64,000 nt of DNA, taken from Rhodosorus marinus CCMP1338 (taxonomy: Eukaryota > Plantae > Rhodophyta). Where the stretch lies: assembly GCA_029953675.1 (NCBI GenBank), contig JAMWBK010000009.1, positions 1,550,001 through 1,614,000 of the forward strand, written 5' to 3'. This document shows positions 37,914 through 51,395 of this stretch, one piece after another. The position numbers were made by a program, and so were the translations under genes. Every line of letters begins with the position of its first letter. Within the stretch, counting starts at the first letter, position 1. A model generated the notes under the pieces. The model ran no database searches. It saw only the letters and a list, made by a program, of their open reading frames with translations, and was not told the DNA's origin.

Positions 37914-38929
37914 TTGCAATGGGTTTTGAAAACTCCGTAGGCCATCGCGCTAGGACCGAGTGCGAAAAGATGCCAGGTTCGGGTCTGGACTCCGCTTGGA
38001 ACTGCCGATGCGATACCATCTCGAAGGTCTTTACATTCCAGGCGCTTTGTGGATTTCACTGCGGGACACCAGCAGCTTGTCCAGGTCATGGTCCGTCACA
38101 AATCAATGCGGTTCCATTCACGCGCATCACACAGCCTGTCTTAACCTTCTTTTCACTCTGATCCTGTTTTTGTCGGATGCTGTAGCATAAGATCTCAGCT
38201 TAGAAGAATTGAACAACAGGAACAGAACTTTTTCCCCTGCGTACCGCACGAGCTTATTGGAAACGAGTTGGTCATGGAAGCCATGGTGATGCCCTTTACC
38301 TTGGGTGCCCACCACCATTCACGCTGAGGCATATTTAAGTAGCTTCAAACTAGGACCCTATAAATTCTACAACCAATCAAACTATTTTATCTTTTGGGAC
38401 AAATTGTGTCATAATTGATCAGAGCAAGAAACATAATTATGAACATGACTATGTGGATTTTAAGACATGTCCAATCTTGATGGAGTCAAATCTAGAACTC
38501 GTATTGATATTTATTACCGAAAAAAGTTTCTATTCCGAAACTGATCCTATTCAGGACATAATTTTGTTTCTTTGTCGCAAATAGTTCTCTTCTCTTTAGT
38601 ACTTAATATTATTTCTACCTGGTACTATCACCTATGGCGGGGATGAAACGGTTCCCGGATTGTGTGAACCTTGCTTTGTCTGACTTCTAGTCCAATGTCG
38701 TCCACATCCATGCCCTCACCTACGCCCTGGTTAGATAATCTTGACCTACGTCGTTCTTTATCGCCTGGCAGCTTCTCCCGAAAGGAGAGGAAGGTGTGCA
38801 GCGTCCTCAGCGGATCATCTTGCGGGATCCTACTCAGGAGGATGAATGATTGTAGCCGACGATGGGGTTGAGGTTCTGCCTGTATTTTTTTCTATTGTGA
38901 TCTTTATGAGGTCTTTATAGGTTAATTAG

Positions 38930-41611
38930 ATGGAGACAGAAGACTTCAAGCTTGCTCCAGCTATGGATGCAGGCGAGGATGCATCGGAGGTCAAAGGCGA
39001 TGATATTGTAACAGAGTTTGAACGATTTGATCTTCCGCTTCTGGAGGTACGTAGCTTAACTTTGGTTTCCTGCAGATGTTTTTGGATTATTTCGAAGTCT
39101 CCATTTACTTTGCTGGTTTCTGTTGTCAAAGTCTATCTGGGTTTTGGATATCTGAGCTGTTTGTCGTTCTTCTCGACTGCATGGGTGTATAGATGGTGAG
39201 ATCTGAGCATCTATCGAATGACATTAAGAATGGAAGCTATGTGAGGTACCATAGGCATTGTTCTAACAAACTAAGGCGTCTGAGAAAGAACTTGAAGTTG
39301 GCACATGGCCGTGGGAAAACTTTTCAGAAGAAGCCTTTGACCGTGGAGCTAGCGCAGAAGGACCCTCGGCATCTTGTCCTTCTACTTTTCAGCGCAGAGC
39401 GGGCATGGAGCAATGCCATGGTTATTAAGGAAGACCGCAGGAGAAGGAGATACATTGGGCGTCGCTTCATGAAGGCTGCAAAGCTTGCGGAGCGACTAGC
39501 CGAGTTCTCGCGTGAACTAGGAGAAGACAAGACAACGCTGGAGGCCGATGCGTACTCATCATGGATGTCTGCTATATCGCTTCTTGAGCGTGAGCGGTTG
39601 GAGGAGTCCTTGGAGAGCTTCAAGAAGGCGCAACTTCTGTTTGAGGGTATGAAAAGCTTCCCTCGCGTCTACCTCGTCAGCAACTCACGATTTCCCTACT
39701 ACCCAGGTTTGGCGACCGCGTTCGGAGCTCAGAGTACGCTCTATAGGGAACGTTTGGAGGAACTTGAACCGTCAATCGCGTTCTGTCGGTACAGCATTGC
39801 TCGGCAGAAGGGTGAGGATCCTACGTCAATGATGAATGCAGCCTCACCTAGGTACAGAAAGATCAGCTCAGTCGATCCCCCTGAAACAGTACTCAAGTCC
39901 CATTGCACCTTGTTCTAAGCAAAACGTGTTTGTTGAATAATCCCGAACTTTGAGAGCAGGGTGGATAACTTGGTTGCAGCAAAAATCGACGCAGCTCTGT
40001 CGGAATCGCGAAAAGTGCAAGCCGAGAGCTTTGGATCCGTGGATTGGTGCGGCAGGAATATTCCTATTAGGACTGAAAAGGTAAACAGAGAGCACGCTGA
40101 GTGTTTTCTAGCGCAATGCCCGCGAGCTGATCATAAAGGGTACGTCTTGCTTCGTTGGATGCTATTCGAAACAGGTTGGAGAAGGAATACTGCTCGCGCG
40201 TGAGGCTGTTCATACAATGGAACAAGAATCTGACTTTGACAAGAAGGCGGCGCTGTACGACAAAATATTCATTGCGTACAACGATGTTTCTCGAACCGTA
40301 GGGCAAATTCTCCAGCTGCTTCCGTTGGACTTTTTTGGTCTCTAAGAGCGAATATGAGTTGCGCTCTTCACCCTGTTCCCAGGTTTCGAAGCAGAGATCG
40401 GAAATCACTGCTGCTGCGGAAAAAGAAACGCTTTCTCAAATCGCCGAGCAACACCTGCAAGAGCTGGATCTGATCTCACAGTACATCAAACACTCTCGAT
40501 TGAGGTACTAGAACATACTCGCCTCGAATTTCCTTCGCTTGTATTCCGCGACCAACGCACGCTTTGTTGTATCTTCGAACTACGTCAGGCAAACTATTGC
40601 ACGAAACTTGCTTCTTGTTGAGAAACACATTGAAGCGAACTCCAAACCCGACGACTTGGTGAGGCTATATGAGAACCTTCGACAGAATTGTCAAGAGATA
40701 CTGGACCTCGATGGGATTCTGTCAGATCCAAAATCTCGAGATATGACGCAAGCAGAGATCCGAAAGTTCGAAGCAAGTCGATGTTTTTGGCTCGCGAAGA
40801 GCTACAAGAGCCAGCACCGGTGGTCGGAGTCAATTCTGCTCTTTAAGCGAGCGGAGGTGCTTCTGAACGATGCTTATGCTGAGGGCGAGTCAGTCGGTGA
40901 TCCGAAGAAATCGGATTTGGCTGAGATGGTCAAGGAATCGATCAGGTTGAGAGCCATGGCCCACGCACAGGTGAGCCTTGTGGACGACGAGCCGGTTCCA
41001 ATCACGCCGTTCATTCTGCTTGTCTCTGCTCTTTACTAGCGACGCACTTGCCCTGCTCAAATTGCATAGGGAGTTTTGGAGAATCTCAAGCTGGACAAGA
41101 GCTTCAAGGAAGGAATGCAACTGACAGAAACTGGAAGAAAGAGGACAGTGCTATCTGGAGATGAAAGGTTTGAAAGCGTCATTAGGGTATGTCAAAGTCC
41201 CATAAGATGTTAGCCGGTTTTTCTTCCTCCTCTCTGTGGAGGACAAAAATTAAGGCACTTGGCTTGGAGGCATCCACCTGACGATCATTCCGCTCATGTC
41301 GTGATTAGGTGATTTCCGATAAGGATATAGCAGGAACGATTTGCGAGATGCCTCCGTCGCTCACATCTACGCCATGCAAACCGGTCGCGTTCGATATTGC
41401 AGTCGATGGGGTACTACAAGCACGATGATAGTTTGGACATTCTTTCTTCGGTTTTGGTTGCTTACGTTCCTATGTTGGTCGCTACTCACTTTTCTAGGTG
41501 ACGGTCTCGGACGTGAAAGGTGTGGTCAAGTATCTTTCCGAAACAGATGGAAACGATGGAAGCGCGCCAAAGCGTGAGGGCACCGGATTCTCCAGATGGT
41601 TTCGTGGATAG
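38930..41611 (+). CDS. SRP68: Signal recognition particle subunit 68, multi-exon
   Basis: NGSYVRYHRHCSNKLRRLRK, LFSAERAWSNAM, LYRERLEELEPSIAFCRY, C-terminal PCKPVAFDIA; canonical GT-AG joins. Confidence 0.93.
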
Positions 41612-41619
41612 ATCCTGCG

Positions 41620-42750
41620 TGACAAACAAGTGGGTGACCAAGTTGATTCCTGTGTAAAGAAAGCAAACGAGAAAACGGGGTTCTCTCTAGGCTGTCGAAA
41701 GCCATCAACATGACATTTTGAAGAGTAAAGAACACCAGCGAGAAACGAGCTTCTCTCCAGAAAGCCGTCGGCATGACGTACCAGGTCGTTCCCCAACAAA
41801 TCGTACCTGTCCATGGTGGAGTGCCAAATCCTCCCGATTCGAACTTCGGCTGGATATCGACGTCAAGAATGCCTTTCTGTGAACAGCTTCAGTGTAGCAT
41901 CCATTGACATTCTTGTCCATCTTCATCATCGATACACCAAATCAAGACGCCGACGAGTTCGGGAGCGCTCAAATGCATTTCCTGCTCCACTGAACTTTGT
42001 ACGATGCTCTTCGAGGGTGTGAGTAAACCAGTATTGATCTCAGCACAACCAAAGCCCAGCAGAGCGAAGAAAATGGAAAGTTAACAACCACCGCATGGGC
42101 ATGGGCACGAATGTTCTTCTCTGGAAGAGATGTCCTCTCCTGCAGCATCTGCGCTGGACATGGAAATCCACACAATCTTGAAGCGTCCTTCTCACAAGCT
42201 AAATGATCCAGCTAGCTGAGAACGTAAGCGTTTGCATTTAAACAAGTTGAAGCTTCTTGCCCAAGAGCAAGAGAGCCTTGGGGGTCTTCCTCTGCGAGGA
42301 TAAATTTGACGGACATTGTTGAAAGCGTACTCGACAAAGGGCAGTTCACATGAAAATAGGACGTCCTTGTACTACAATCGCTTACGTACAGGACAAAACT
42401 ATCGACAAGCTAAGAACAGGGCCTCACCTAGAGAGGCTAGCCCTCAGTAAAGCTAGCGACAGAATATTTTTGGTCCGTAGAGCTCGTCTTGCTTAGCCCC
42501 TTAAAAAGGAAGATGTCTTCTGTCGGATCATACACCGATCGAGCACGAACGTTATCGAGTTGGAAACTAATTGAAGATATGCTCAAGTCTTTTGCTTTGT
42601 CCTGAAGGACTACGGTCGTGCTGAGCCTCGCTCTGAAGACGTTCTTCTTGCTGAGGCGATGCCGAAGAACTCTTAACAGTGTTTGGAGACAATGGAAAAG
42701 TGTCTGTTTTTCATATCGTTTGGAGAGGGTAAAAGTCGGATGAAGAGGAT
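41620..42750 (-). CDS. Hypothetical multi-exon protein (unresolved)
   Basis: Open minus-strand exons KSSSASPQQEERLQ...YDPTEDIFLFKG...EGLASL|GT and WFTHTLEEHRTKF...RRRLDL|KGILDVDIQPKFESGGFGTPPW. Confidence 0.35.
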
Positions 42751-42880
42751 GACCAAGGCGGAATGGACTGAGATTTTCGGGGTTTTGCGTTGAGGGAAGA
42801 CTGGCGCTTTGAAGGTCAAGAGAACCTTTTTTTGGGGGCGGAGCGGTTGAGCTGGTTCCAGGAGCTGTTTTTTGTTAAGT

Positions 42881-44744
42881 ATGACAGGAGGCGTGCCCTC
42901 GAGTCAACAGGGAGGAGCGAGTAGTGGGCAGCCGGTGCGTTCTTTTGAGATGAGAATTGCTTTCGTTTTGTGAATTGCGACTCATCTGCCGTTTTCTCTT
43001 TTGGTCCATTGGAATAGACTCAGAAAGCAAAAAATCAAGGTGCTCAGGTTGTGGAAAAGTTTTACAAGTATATCTATCGGCAACTTGAGTTACTCAAGAA
43101 TGAGCCCGATCTGAAGGAGAAGCTCGGGTTGTTTGAGGCTGAGTAAGTTCGTACATGGAGTGTTCGTTTCTCCACTTGAAATCAAGATCGAGAATTTGTG
43201 GATGCCCTGGACATCCCTGTTGCTCACTATTATTCCATGTGGAATACTGTTCTGTTTTTCTGTTTTTTCTAGGAAGAACGGGTACCTTGCGAGGGCCGAT
43301 GCTGGTGAACTGAGCACAACGATCGTCAGCGATATTACGAAGAAAGCAGTGGAGGTATGTCCTCAAGCTTCAGGGAGAAATTTTCGTGAAGAGCTGAAAA
43401 CTCTGCACCGAAAAAAGACCGCAAAAGCCCAGCAGCAAGGGAAAGCAGCTGGCCAGACTGCGAAACCACCACCTCAAAAGCGAGCAGCCCCTGCAGCACC
43501 ACAGAAAGGCGCAGAGCCCGTTGCGAAGAAGGCCAAGGTCGAGGGTGCAGGACCGAAAACTGCGGTCAAGGGTGGTGCGAGCGGAAAACGAGGAGCGACT
43601 TCGGCGAAGAAGGAGGCGACTCCCTCATTACATGCGGACTCGAAAGCTAAAACTGGGGCGCAAGATCAGCAACAGCCAAATCAGGCACCTCCTGCCAAAG
43701 CCACAACACCATCGTCGAAAGCTGGTATTTCACCAGGAAAACCAGGAACAACCCAGAAACCAGGTGCCAGGCCGCCCCTGCCGGGGAATCAAAAAGCGGC
43801 AGAAGGTATCTTCAACTTTTCCCTGGCTGTAACTCGGACTGTGCATGAACTGATCATATCCTCGCCTTGCTCGAAAAACTAGCTCCGAAACGACAAGAGC
43901 AGCGCAAGCAAGCAAGTGCAAGAAAGGACGTTCTTGACGTGGTGTCATCTGCAGCGGATGTGGTAAAAGCTGCGGGAATTGATGTCGATGGAGAGGAAGA
44001 ATTGCTTGGCCTCGATGGACTGGATGAAGAAGAGAATATCGACAATACCGTATGAAGACCATAGCACACTTCTGCTGGGTTTCTTTTCTGTCTTTGTCTT
44101 GATATCAGTCCTGATGAAACGATGTGTTGCTTTTTCCACAGATCCAAGAGACTGAGCTCTTAACCCGCTCTGTACTCCAGAGTAAACTTAAGAGCATAGC
44201 TTCTCGATACTCACTGGGCTCTGTGAACCGCGACTGCATCGAGTTCCTGTCCCTAGCGGTGCGAACCAGGTTGAGCAATTTCATGGATTCGTATATTAAA
44301 GTGAAGAGGCATCAGAAACAAGGCGTAGGATTGGGCTGGACAGAAGAACAGGTTTGCGTTAGGCACAGCCGCGGCTTTTAACAAAACTTTGAGTGATTGC
44401 TGGGGCGATTGCTGGTTCTAACGTCTCTCTTGCGGTGAACAATGTCACGCAGATTGTTCCCGTTGGTAAACCAGTCCGAGATGAGCTAAAAAAGAGACGG
44501 ATTGCCGGTCCAAAGGGGGACGATGGTCACACATCAACGAGAGGAACCGAACTAAGAAACTGTCTTTTTGTTGTTGACCACAGCGAGAAGGACTCCACGC
44601 TTGTTGCCCAGGTAAGAACCGTCCAAACTCTGATAACGACGGCGTTCCTTATCCAACCCGACGCGGCTAATGAATTGCTTCCTCTCTGCGCAGTCCGTTC
44701 GGTGGTTTGCTAGGCTATATGAGGTTGACCAGATCGCTGATTAG
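42881..44744 (+). CDS. TAF4: TFIID subunit TAF4-like (low-complexity N-half + histone-fold), multi-exon
   Basis: DVVKAAGIDVDGEEELL and LQSKLKSIASRYSLGSVNRDCIEFLSLAVRTRLSNFM resemble the conserved TAF4 region; preceded by an A/K/P/Q-rich linker. Confidence 0.72.
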
Positions 44745-45550
44745 CTAATGTACCAGAATTCTGCACTGACTCGAAATACTAACAAGATCATGACATGTTT
44801 CCAAGCACGCCTTTTGACGATTTCAAATCGCGACATCCATTTCAGGGATTCAACACGAAGACCTAGTCGTGATGGCAACAGTTCATCAGCAAAGGGATCG
44901 AATCGAAACTTGTCACCGGTGACTGCTGTCCCGCTGCCCCAATGTTTTATAACACCCCTGGTTTGAGGCTCACCTTCATGAGAACTGTCAATCGAAGAAG
45001 ATTGTTCGTAGCAAACCCACAGGGACGTTTCTAGAGACGCTCTGTCTGCCAAAACCAGTTTAATGTTTTCTGTCCCTTGCTCTCGCTTCCACACGTCACA
45101 ACGGGGACGTCGTTCATCGCCGAATTGTAGAGGCTCTATACGCGTGCACTCTCGTTCTTTGCGCAGAGCACCTACGTAGTCTCAAGGCGCAAGTCGTAGT
45201 ACACATGCCACCTGCTTCTTCACAAGCTCACCGTTCAGAAACGGACTAGTGGATAGCGCTCTATTCGATACTGCGAAAAGAAAAGCAATTTTCATATGGA
45301 AATTGGTTGCCTTGAACGGAATGGATTAAGCTGAGGATAACTTGTCTTCATCAAGCTTCCCTAAGGCAGACCACAAACCTCGAACACTAGAACCTCGCGG
45401 CGGGTATTAATAGCTTCATTTCTTTCTGAAGGCATAGTGTGGAGGGAGAAAGGTAGTTCATAGTGCTCGATTCTTGTAGGAGATCTGTTGCTAAACCTTC
45501 GCGTCAGTCTCGAGCTTCTGAATGTGAAGATCGGGTTTGAACGTTGACCA
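44741..45550 (-). CDS. Hypothetical protein (terminal exon clear, 5' exons unresolved)
   Basis: About 140-codon open exon GALRKERECTRIEPLQFGD...RGVIKHWGSG...RRAWKHVMILLV after an AG acceptor. Confidence 0.4.
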
Positions 45551-45710
45551 TGGATGGTCACTCTGTCTATTCTTAAGGCAGCTGCTGCATATGAAGCTTT
45601 ACTGAACTTTTCAGAAAGCGTTAGGATGAGAGATTGAAATTGTTCGAAGCCTTCACCGGTTTGTTCGAGGAAGTGTCTTAAGTTTGTGATTCTTAGAGAG
45701 TTAAGAGGGT

Positions 45711-46120
45711 ATGGGTTGGGGGACGATGGTTTTGGTAGCTCTTGCCGTTGTGGCGGGTTTCTCTCTTCTTGAGGGACTGATTATTGCCGCGATACAGTTT
45801 CCTGGTACGAAATCTCCTTATTGGAAAGTAGTACTCGCGATTCCATTACTGTATTTGGCGTATGGTGCAGCCGTTGGTTTCTTACTAAGTGCAGTGCCAG
45901 GTAAGATGGATACCCTGATCCTTTGATTGGAGATTCTCAATGTGTTTTCCATTGACTAAGACCTTTTTGTTTTTCTTCGGTCGTCTTTCTAGCTTTGCTT
46001 GTGGAGATTATTTACACGCAGTTGGATGTGGAGCTGGTAGAGGTAACTTCAAGAATTTGGGGAGGGATTTTCGGCGCAATGGTGATAATCTTGAACCTCG
46101 GATTGTTCAGTATTGTCTGA
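45711..46120 (+). CDS. TMEM170-like three-TM membrane protein, 105 aa, 2 exons
   Basis: Exons 45711-45900 and 45993-46120 give ...PLLYLAYGAAVGFLLSAVPALLVEIIYTQL...RIWG..., matching the Tmemb_170 pattern. Confidence 0.65.
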
Positions 46121-47006
46121 TTCACGCCCAGATCTGCTGGGCCATTTGTGAAATAGGAGACTGCCTCACGCTTTGTTAATGATTCCGACATCAGCACATG
46201 TGCAGCACGTTGAGTACGCCAGCGACTGACCGGACACAAGACGTGGGAGCCTTCATTGGTTGGTACCGAACGACAGCGGGCTAGCTTCAGCAGAATTCAG
46301 CTACCGAGCAGCCTGCTGGTACCAACTCATGTTGTTGAGCGCTGCAGTTTCGACCGTAAGGTTCTCTGAAATCCGGCGGAAGCCAGAACTATGCTGTGGA
46401 ACTCGGTCTACGCCACCATTCCATACCTAAGGATCTTGAGATCCAGCTAAACACCCGCTGAAGTGCCCAGAAGGGGATCTCACCTCCTCATCTTACTTAA
46501 ACCACTAACCGAAACCCAGGCATGTCGTGTGGGGCGCAGAGTACACACACACACAAACACCACAGCAACCACTCTGGGTGGGACGTCCCACCTCTTTGCT
46601 TCCCTAACCGTCATCTACTATTCAGTCTATATAAAAGATTGATAAATGATTTATCTATTTTAAAATAAATAATACCAATCAAATACCAGTATTGACTGAT
46701 TATGTTTAATGACACTTATTCCTTACTTTATTGGACTTGGCCCTTACAAATGGGGACAATTGAAGATGGGGTTTGGGGAAGCAGGCATTGAATTGGGAAC
46801 GTCGATTGGGAATGTCGTCATCGATGAGATAGTGACGTGAGCTGCTGTTCTCTGCAACTATTTCGATCAAAGAGAGCAAAAGAGAGGGAGAAAGAGGGAG
46901 AGAGAGGGAGAGGGAGGGCGTGTGTGTGTGTATGAGTTCTTTGGTTGGTTTTTGGTTTTGTTTGTATAGATGAGTTTGCGTTTGAGGAGATTTGTTTTCT
47001 GGAAAA

Positions 47007-50000
47007 ATGGATGAAGAGGAGGAGCGTAAGGTGATTGATATCACGCAGCTGCTGCTTCTGTGGATGGTGAGGTGGTGAGTTTCTGAATTATAAGTTTGTT
47101 GCTTTTTTTGGGCTTTTGGGGGGGCCTTGGTGCCATAGGTTGGGGTGCTTGTCGGCTATGGCGTGGATCCAAAGGCTGCGAAAGTTGCGTCATCCTCAGA
47201 GAAAAAGTTTGAAGCGACAGTTAGCGGACTAAAGGAGGCCGGATTCACGGGTTCAGATGAGGCAAAAGCAGCGCTGGTGTATTCGATAGTAACAAAGTTG
47301 CCCGGTTCTGTTCCTCCAGCGCAGAGAAACTACTTGTATCACGCCGTCGGAGATGGAAGGGTAAGCTTTCTTCATCAGATCTTGAGCAGAGGATGTTCCT
47401 TTTGGTTACTGATGTCTGTTGTATGACGCGATTCTCGTTTTAGATTGCCTCGAATGGGCAGCTGGATGCGGCGATGGATTTTGTGGGGAAACTGAAGGAG
47501 GCAAGCCAGTCGTTGAAGACGAATGCGAACATGCAAGTGAAGGAGGTATACCAGGAGATCGACGATGAGGCGTTTAACAAGTACTGTGGAGTTGGCATGA
47601 CGGTAACTGATGAAGAAATCGATATGATTGTGGACGGCATCTTGCGCTCGAGAATCAGTGAAATTGAGGAGCGGCGGTATCAGTTCAAGACAGGGCCATT
47701 ACTGCAAGAAGCTCGAGAGCAGATGCGTTTCGTTGATGGCAAGATTTTTCTGCAGAAGTTTGAGGAACAGATGGCCGAAATCCTCGGGCCCAAGACAGAG
47801 GCAGATTGTGCGTATCTCCGAAATGTCCTCACGTCTATAAACGCCGCTAGTTGACGGTAGTAATTTAATCCCATCTTAGTGAAACCACCGAAAAAAGTGA
47901 AGCAGAAGAAGGAAAAAGCCAAGGCCGCGAAAAAAGCTGCCGAAAACTCCAAAGAAACGGGCCCTGCAACAGAGGCTGATCCATTGGATTCAATTCCCTC
48001 CGTCTTGGAAGCACGAGAATTAGACAGTGCGAAGAATTCTCCGGAGCTGGTCGAGAAGCAGAAGGTCGGAAGCGGCGGCAAGGTTTGCACACACGCAGGC
48101 GACGTTTGTTGACATTGTTTTGGAGTAGCTCATCTCCAGTTGTTCACGTACTTTGATAGATTGTGTGCAGATTTCCTCCGGAGCCCAATGGATACCTTCA
48201 CATAGGTCATGCAAAAGCAATGTTCCTAGATTTTGGCTACGCGAAGAAGAACGGCGGTGACTGTATTTTGCGCTTTGACGATACAAATCCCGAAGCCGAG
48301 AACGTCGAGTACATCAACGCAATAATAGTACGTGCTCATCGTCTTCCCGTGAATTTGTAAGAGATGTTCACTAGTCTGCCTCTAACCACGTGACGATCGT
48401 TGTTACGGTTTCTGCTGTCTATCCCGTTCGCCAGGAAATGGTTGAATGGTTAGGGCACAAACCCGCAAAAATCACCTTCTCCTCAGACTACTTTCAGGAG
48501 CTTTACGAGCTAGGACGAGAGTGCATCAGGCGAAACAAGGCATACGTGTGCCACCAAACACAGGAGGAGGTGAGAACAAAACCAGCGTCCAGGTTTAATC
48601 ACCTTGTCCTTTCTTCCTGGGTCATGAATAGTTTCTGGGGTTTAATACGAAAGCAATGAATTGCTTGCTTGTGCTAGGCGAGCTCGTATCGGGAAGAGAA
48701 GAAGGACAGCCCCTGGAGAGATCGACCAATTGAGGAGTCTTTAAGCCTATTCGAAGATATGAAGAAAGGCAAGTTTGGGGAAGGGGAGGCTACGTTACGG
48801 TTGAAGATTGATATGACAAGCGCAAATCCGGTCATGAGAGATCCCGTTGCGTACAGAATCAAATTTTCCTCGTGAGTATGAAACGGGAAAAGTCTGGATG
48901 CTTCAGAAGGGAAATCTAACTTAGCTCACTGTCGACATCAGGCATCCGAGAACCGGAAATCAGTGGTGCATATATCCATCGTATGACTTTACTCACTGTC
49001 TTGTTGACTCCCTCGAATGGGTAACCCATTCTCTATGTACATTGGAGTACGTAACGTCAACTGCCTGTCATGATCCTCAGCCCGGCGCGCCCACGTTGGC
49101 TTCGGAGATTCAACAATCTGTATTGGAAGCTCATTTCTGCAACGTTCCCATCCCTAGGTTTGAGGTCCGTCGTGATTCGTATTACTGGCTACTGGAAGCG
49201 CTGGACATGTATCGTCCATTCGTGTGGGAGTTTTCTCGTTTGACGTTGGAGAACACGGTCGTCTCGAAGAGAAAACTGATCCCGCTGGTAAAGGGTGGAC
49301 ACGTGCGGGGCTGGGATGATCCCCGCTTGCCTACCCTCGTTGCGTTGAGGCGACGTGGCTTCCCTCCTAAGGTATCACTCTAGCACAGGATTTTTTTTGC
49401 TTTTTTTCTGCATGTTGCAGGAAAAACTCCACTGACCAGTTCCTTCGTTCATTCTGATACTGCAGGCGGTGAACAGGTTTTGTGCCAGCATAGGGGTCAG
49501 CAGAGCAGACAGCGTTGTCGGAATGCACACTGTGGAATGGGCAGTGAGGTCCGAGCTCGATAGTACTGTGACGAGAGCCAAGGCGGTGCTAAAGCCGCTG
49601 AAAGTTACTATTACGAACTTTGAAGAGGAGCACACAGAAGTGCTGCAGATACCAAATCATCCTCAGAAAGAATCGATGGGCAAGCATGAGCAGGTGCTCT
49701 GCAAGCACGTATACGTCGACGAGACGGACTTCCGAATGGAAGATGAGAAGGGGTACTACGGCCTCGCTCCGGGAAAGACTGCGATGCTGCGGCATGCGTA
49801 TCCGATAACTGTGAAGGAGGTATGAGAATCAATAATGGCATTGGGGAACTGGATTGTCGTAGGTGGGTGGGGGTTGCGAAGATGTTAAATCCAGTTCTTC
49901 TTAACGGAATTTTGCCTACAGGTTCTGACGGACGATGAGGGAATACCTGAAGAACTGTTGGTTGTGGCTGACACAGCAAAGAGCACAAAACCAAAAGGAG

Positions 50001-50451
50001 TGCTGCACTGGGTATCAGCAGCACCGTTCTCGGCGCCGGCCGAGGTAAGTAGCAGCTCTCATCCACCAAGACTTGAAACCCGACTCTCAAACTTCGGTTT
50101 TCTCCTGGCCATTCTCAGATCCGATTGTACGATCGTCTGTTTAAGAGCGCGGAAGTCTCGGACGGTACATGGCTGGAAGACTTGAACCCTGAGAGCGAGG
50201 TATGTATAAGTGCCCCATGATATTTGTTCCCGGTACAAATGCGTGGCATCTGACAACCGCGATCACCCGTTCAGAAAATTGTGAGCTCCGCGCTGGTGGA
50301 AAAATTCGTCGCGGAGGCGAACGTAGGTGACAGGTTTCAGTTTGAGCGGGTGGGTTTCTTCGTGTGCGACAAGGACTCAACTGACGAGAAGAAGGTCTTC
50401 AATCTGACTGTAACACTCAGAGACTCGTACGGAGGGGAGAAGAAGGCATGA
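47007..50451 (+). CDS. QARS1: Glutaminyl-tRNA synthetase with eukaryotic N-terminal domain, multi-exon
   Basis: [74 protein letters not shown]. Confidence 0.97.
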
Positions 50452-51395
50452 AAATGCGCTTGTCGTTCTGCCTATCTCTGAAAGTGAATAGCAACGAAAC
50501 CATTTGTATTACAAGGCCCTGGTTGAGAATTTGCGTCTATCAACAGAAAAGCCGGGAACGAGGAAAGAGTTCGAACACATGATCAACAAATTGCGGAGAG
50601 ACGCACTCTTCCCCACTAGAAATTTCAGCTGTTTAGGTATGTCATACTACCAACCCCACTTGTCCTGCTAAACCTCAGCATCCAGCCAAGCTTTACATGA
50701 AATCACATAGCGAACACTCACAACGGACTCAAAGCGTGCTGATACCAAAACAGGAATGACCCATCCAAAAAATCCATATAAAAGTTTCTATTTTTCACAA
50801 CAATTAAGAAACCTCGAAATGGAGGTCGAATGCAAAACAATGATTGAAATACAATCATTAAATTGTACCCCATAATGACTGATATAGAGTATTCGCGCAC
50901 TTTGTACCCCAGGTACAATTCCAACTCTAGCATTCCAGAGAAGTTCTAATTTAAAGAAAAACAGTTTTTAATTCCCTGCCTCATGCCTACAAAAGCAATA
51001 AAGGGGGTAGATGGGAACTGAATGATAGTACAGTCCAGAAAATATTAATTATGTAATAATCATGTACAAAGTTGCGTACTATAACAATACTATTCATATA
51101 TTCAATCAAGAGATCTGGTCCTTTTATCGCCCCGTCGTCGTCCTGAGGTTGATATTTAAATTTTAGTTAAAATATTTTAGCTAATGTTTGGTTTGGTGGA
51201 TTAGGAAGTGGTTTTTCGGAGCTTTTCGATATTTTGGCGACGAAAGGGGACGGGGGGAAAAGGGGTAGGACGTTTTGGGATCCGATTGAGAGGAGGGGAG
51301 GAATTGGTAGTAGTGGGAAGGGGATGAAACTTTTGTAGGAGTTTGATATTAATTTAGAGTTTGGGAATTTTAACGTTTGAAGGTATTTGGTCAAT

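Noticed and set aside
41850-41915. In-frame TGA as possible selenocysteine
   Set aside because: Better explained by a GT-AG intron with branch-like ctgaa; no SECIS or redox motif seen
46577-46592. 16-bp perfect palindrome ggtgggacgtcccacc upstream of GlnRS
   Set aside because: About one 8-bp-arm palindrome is expected by chance per 64 kb
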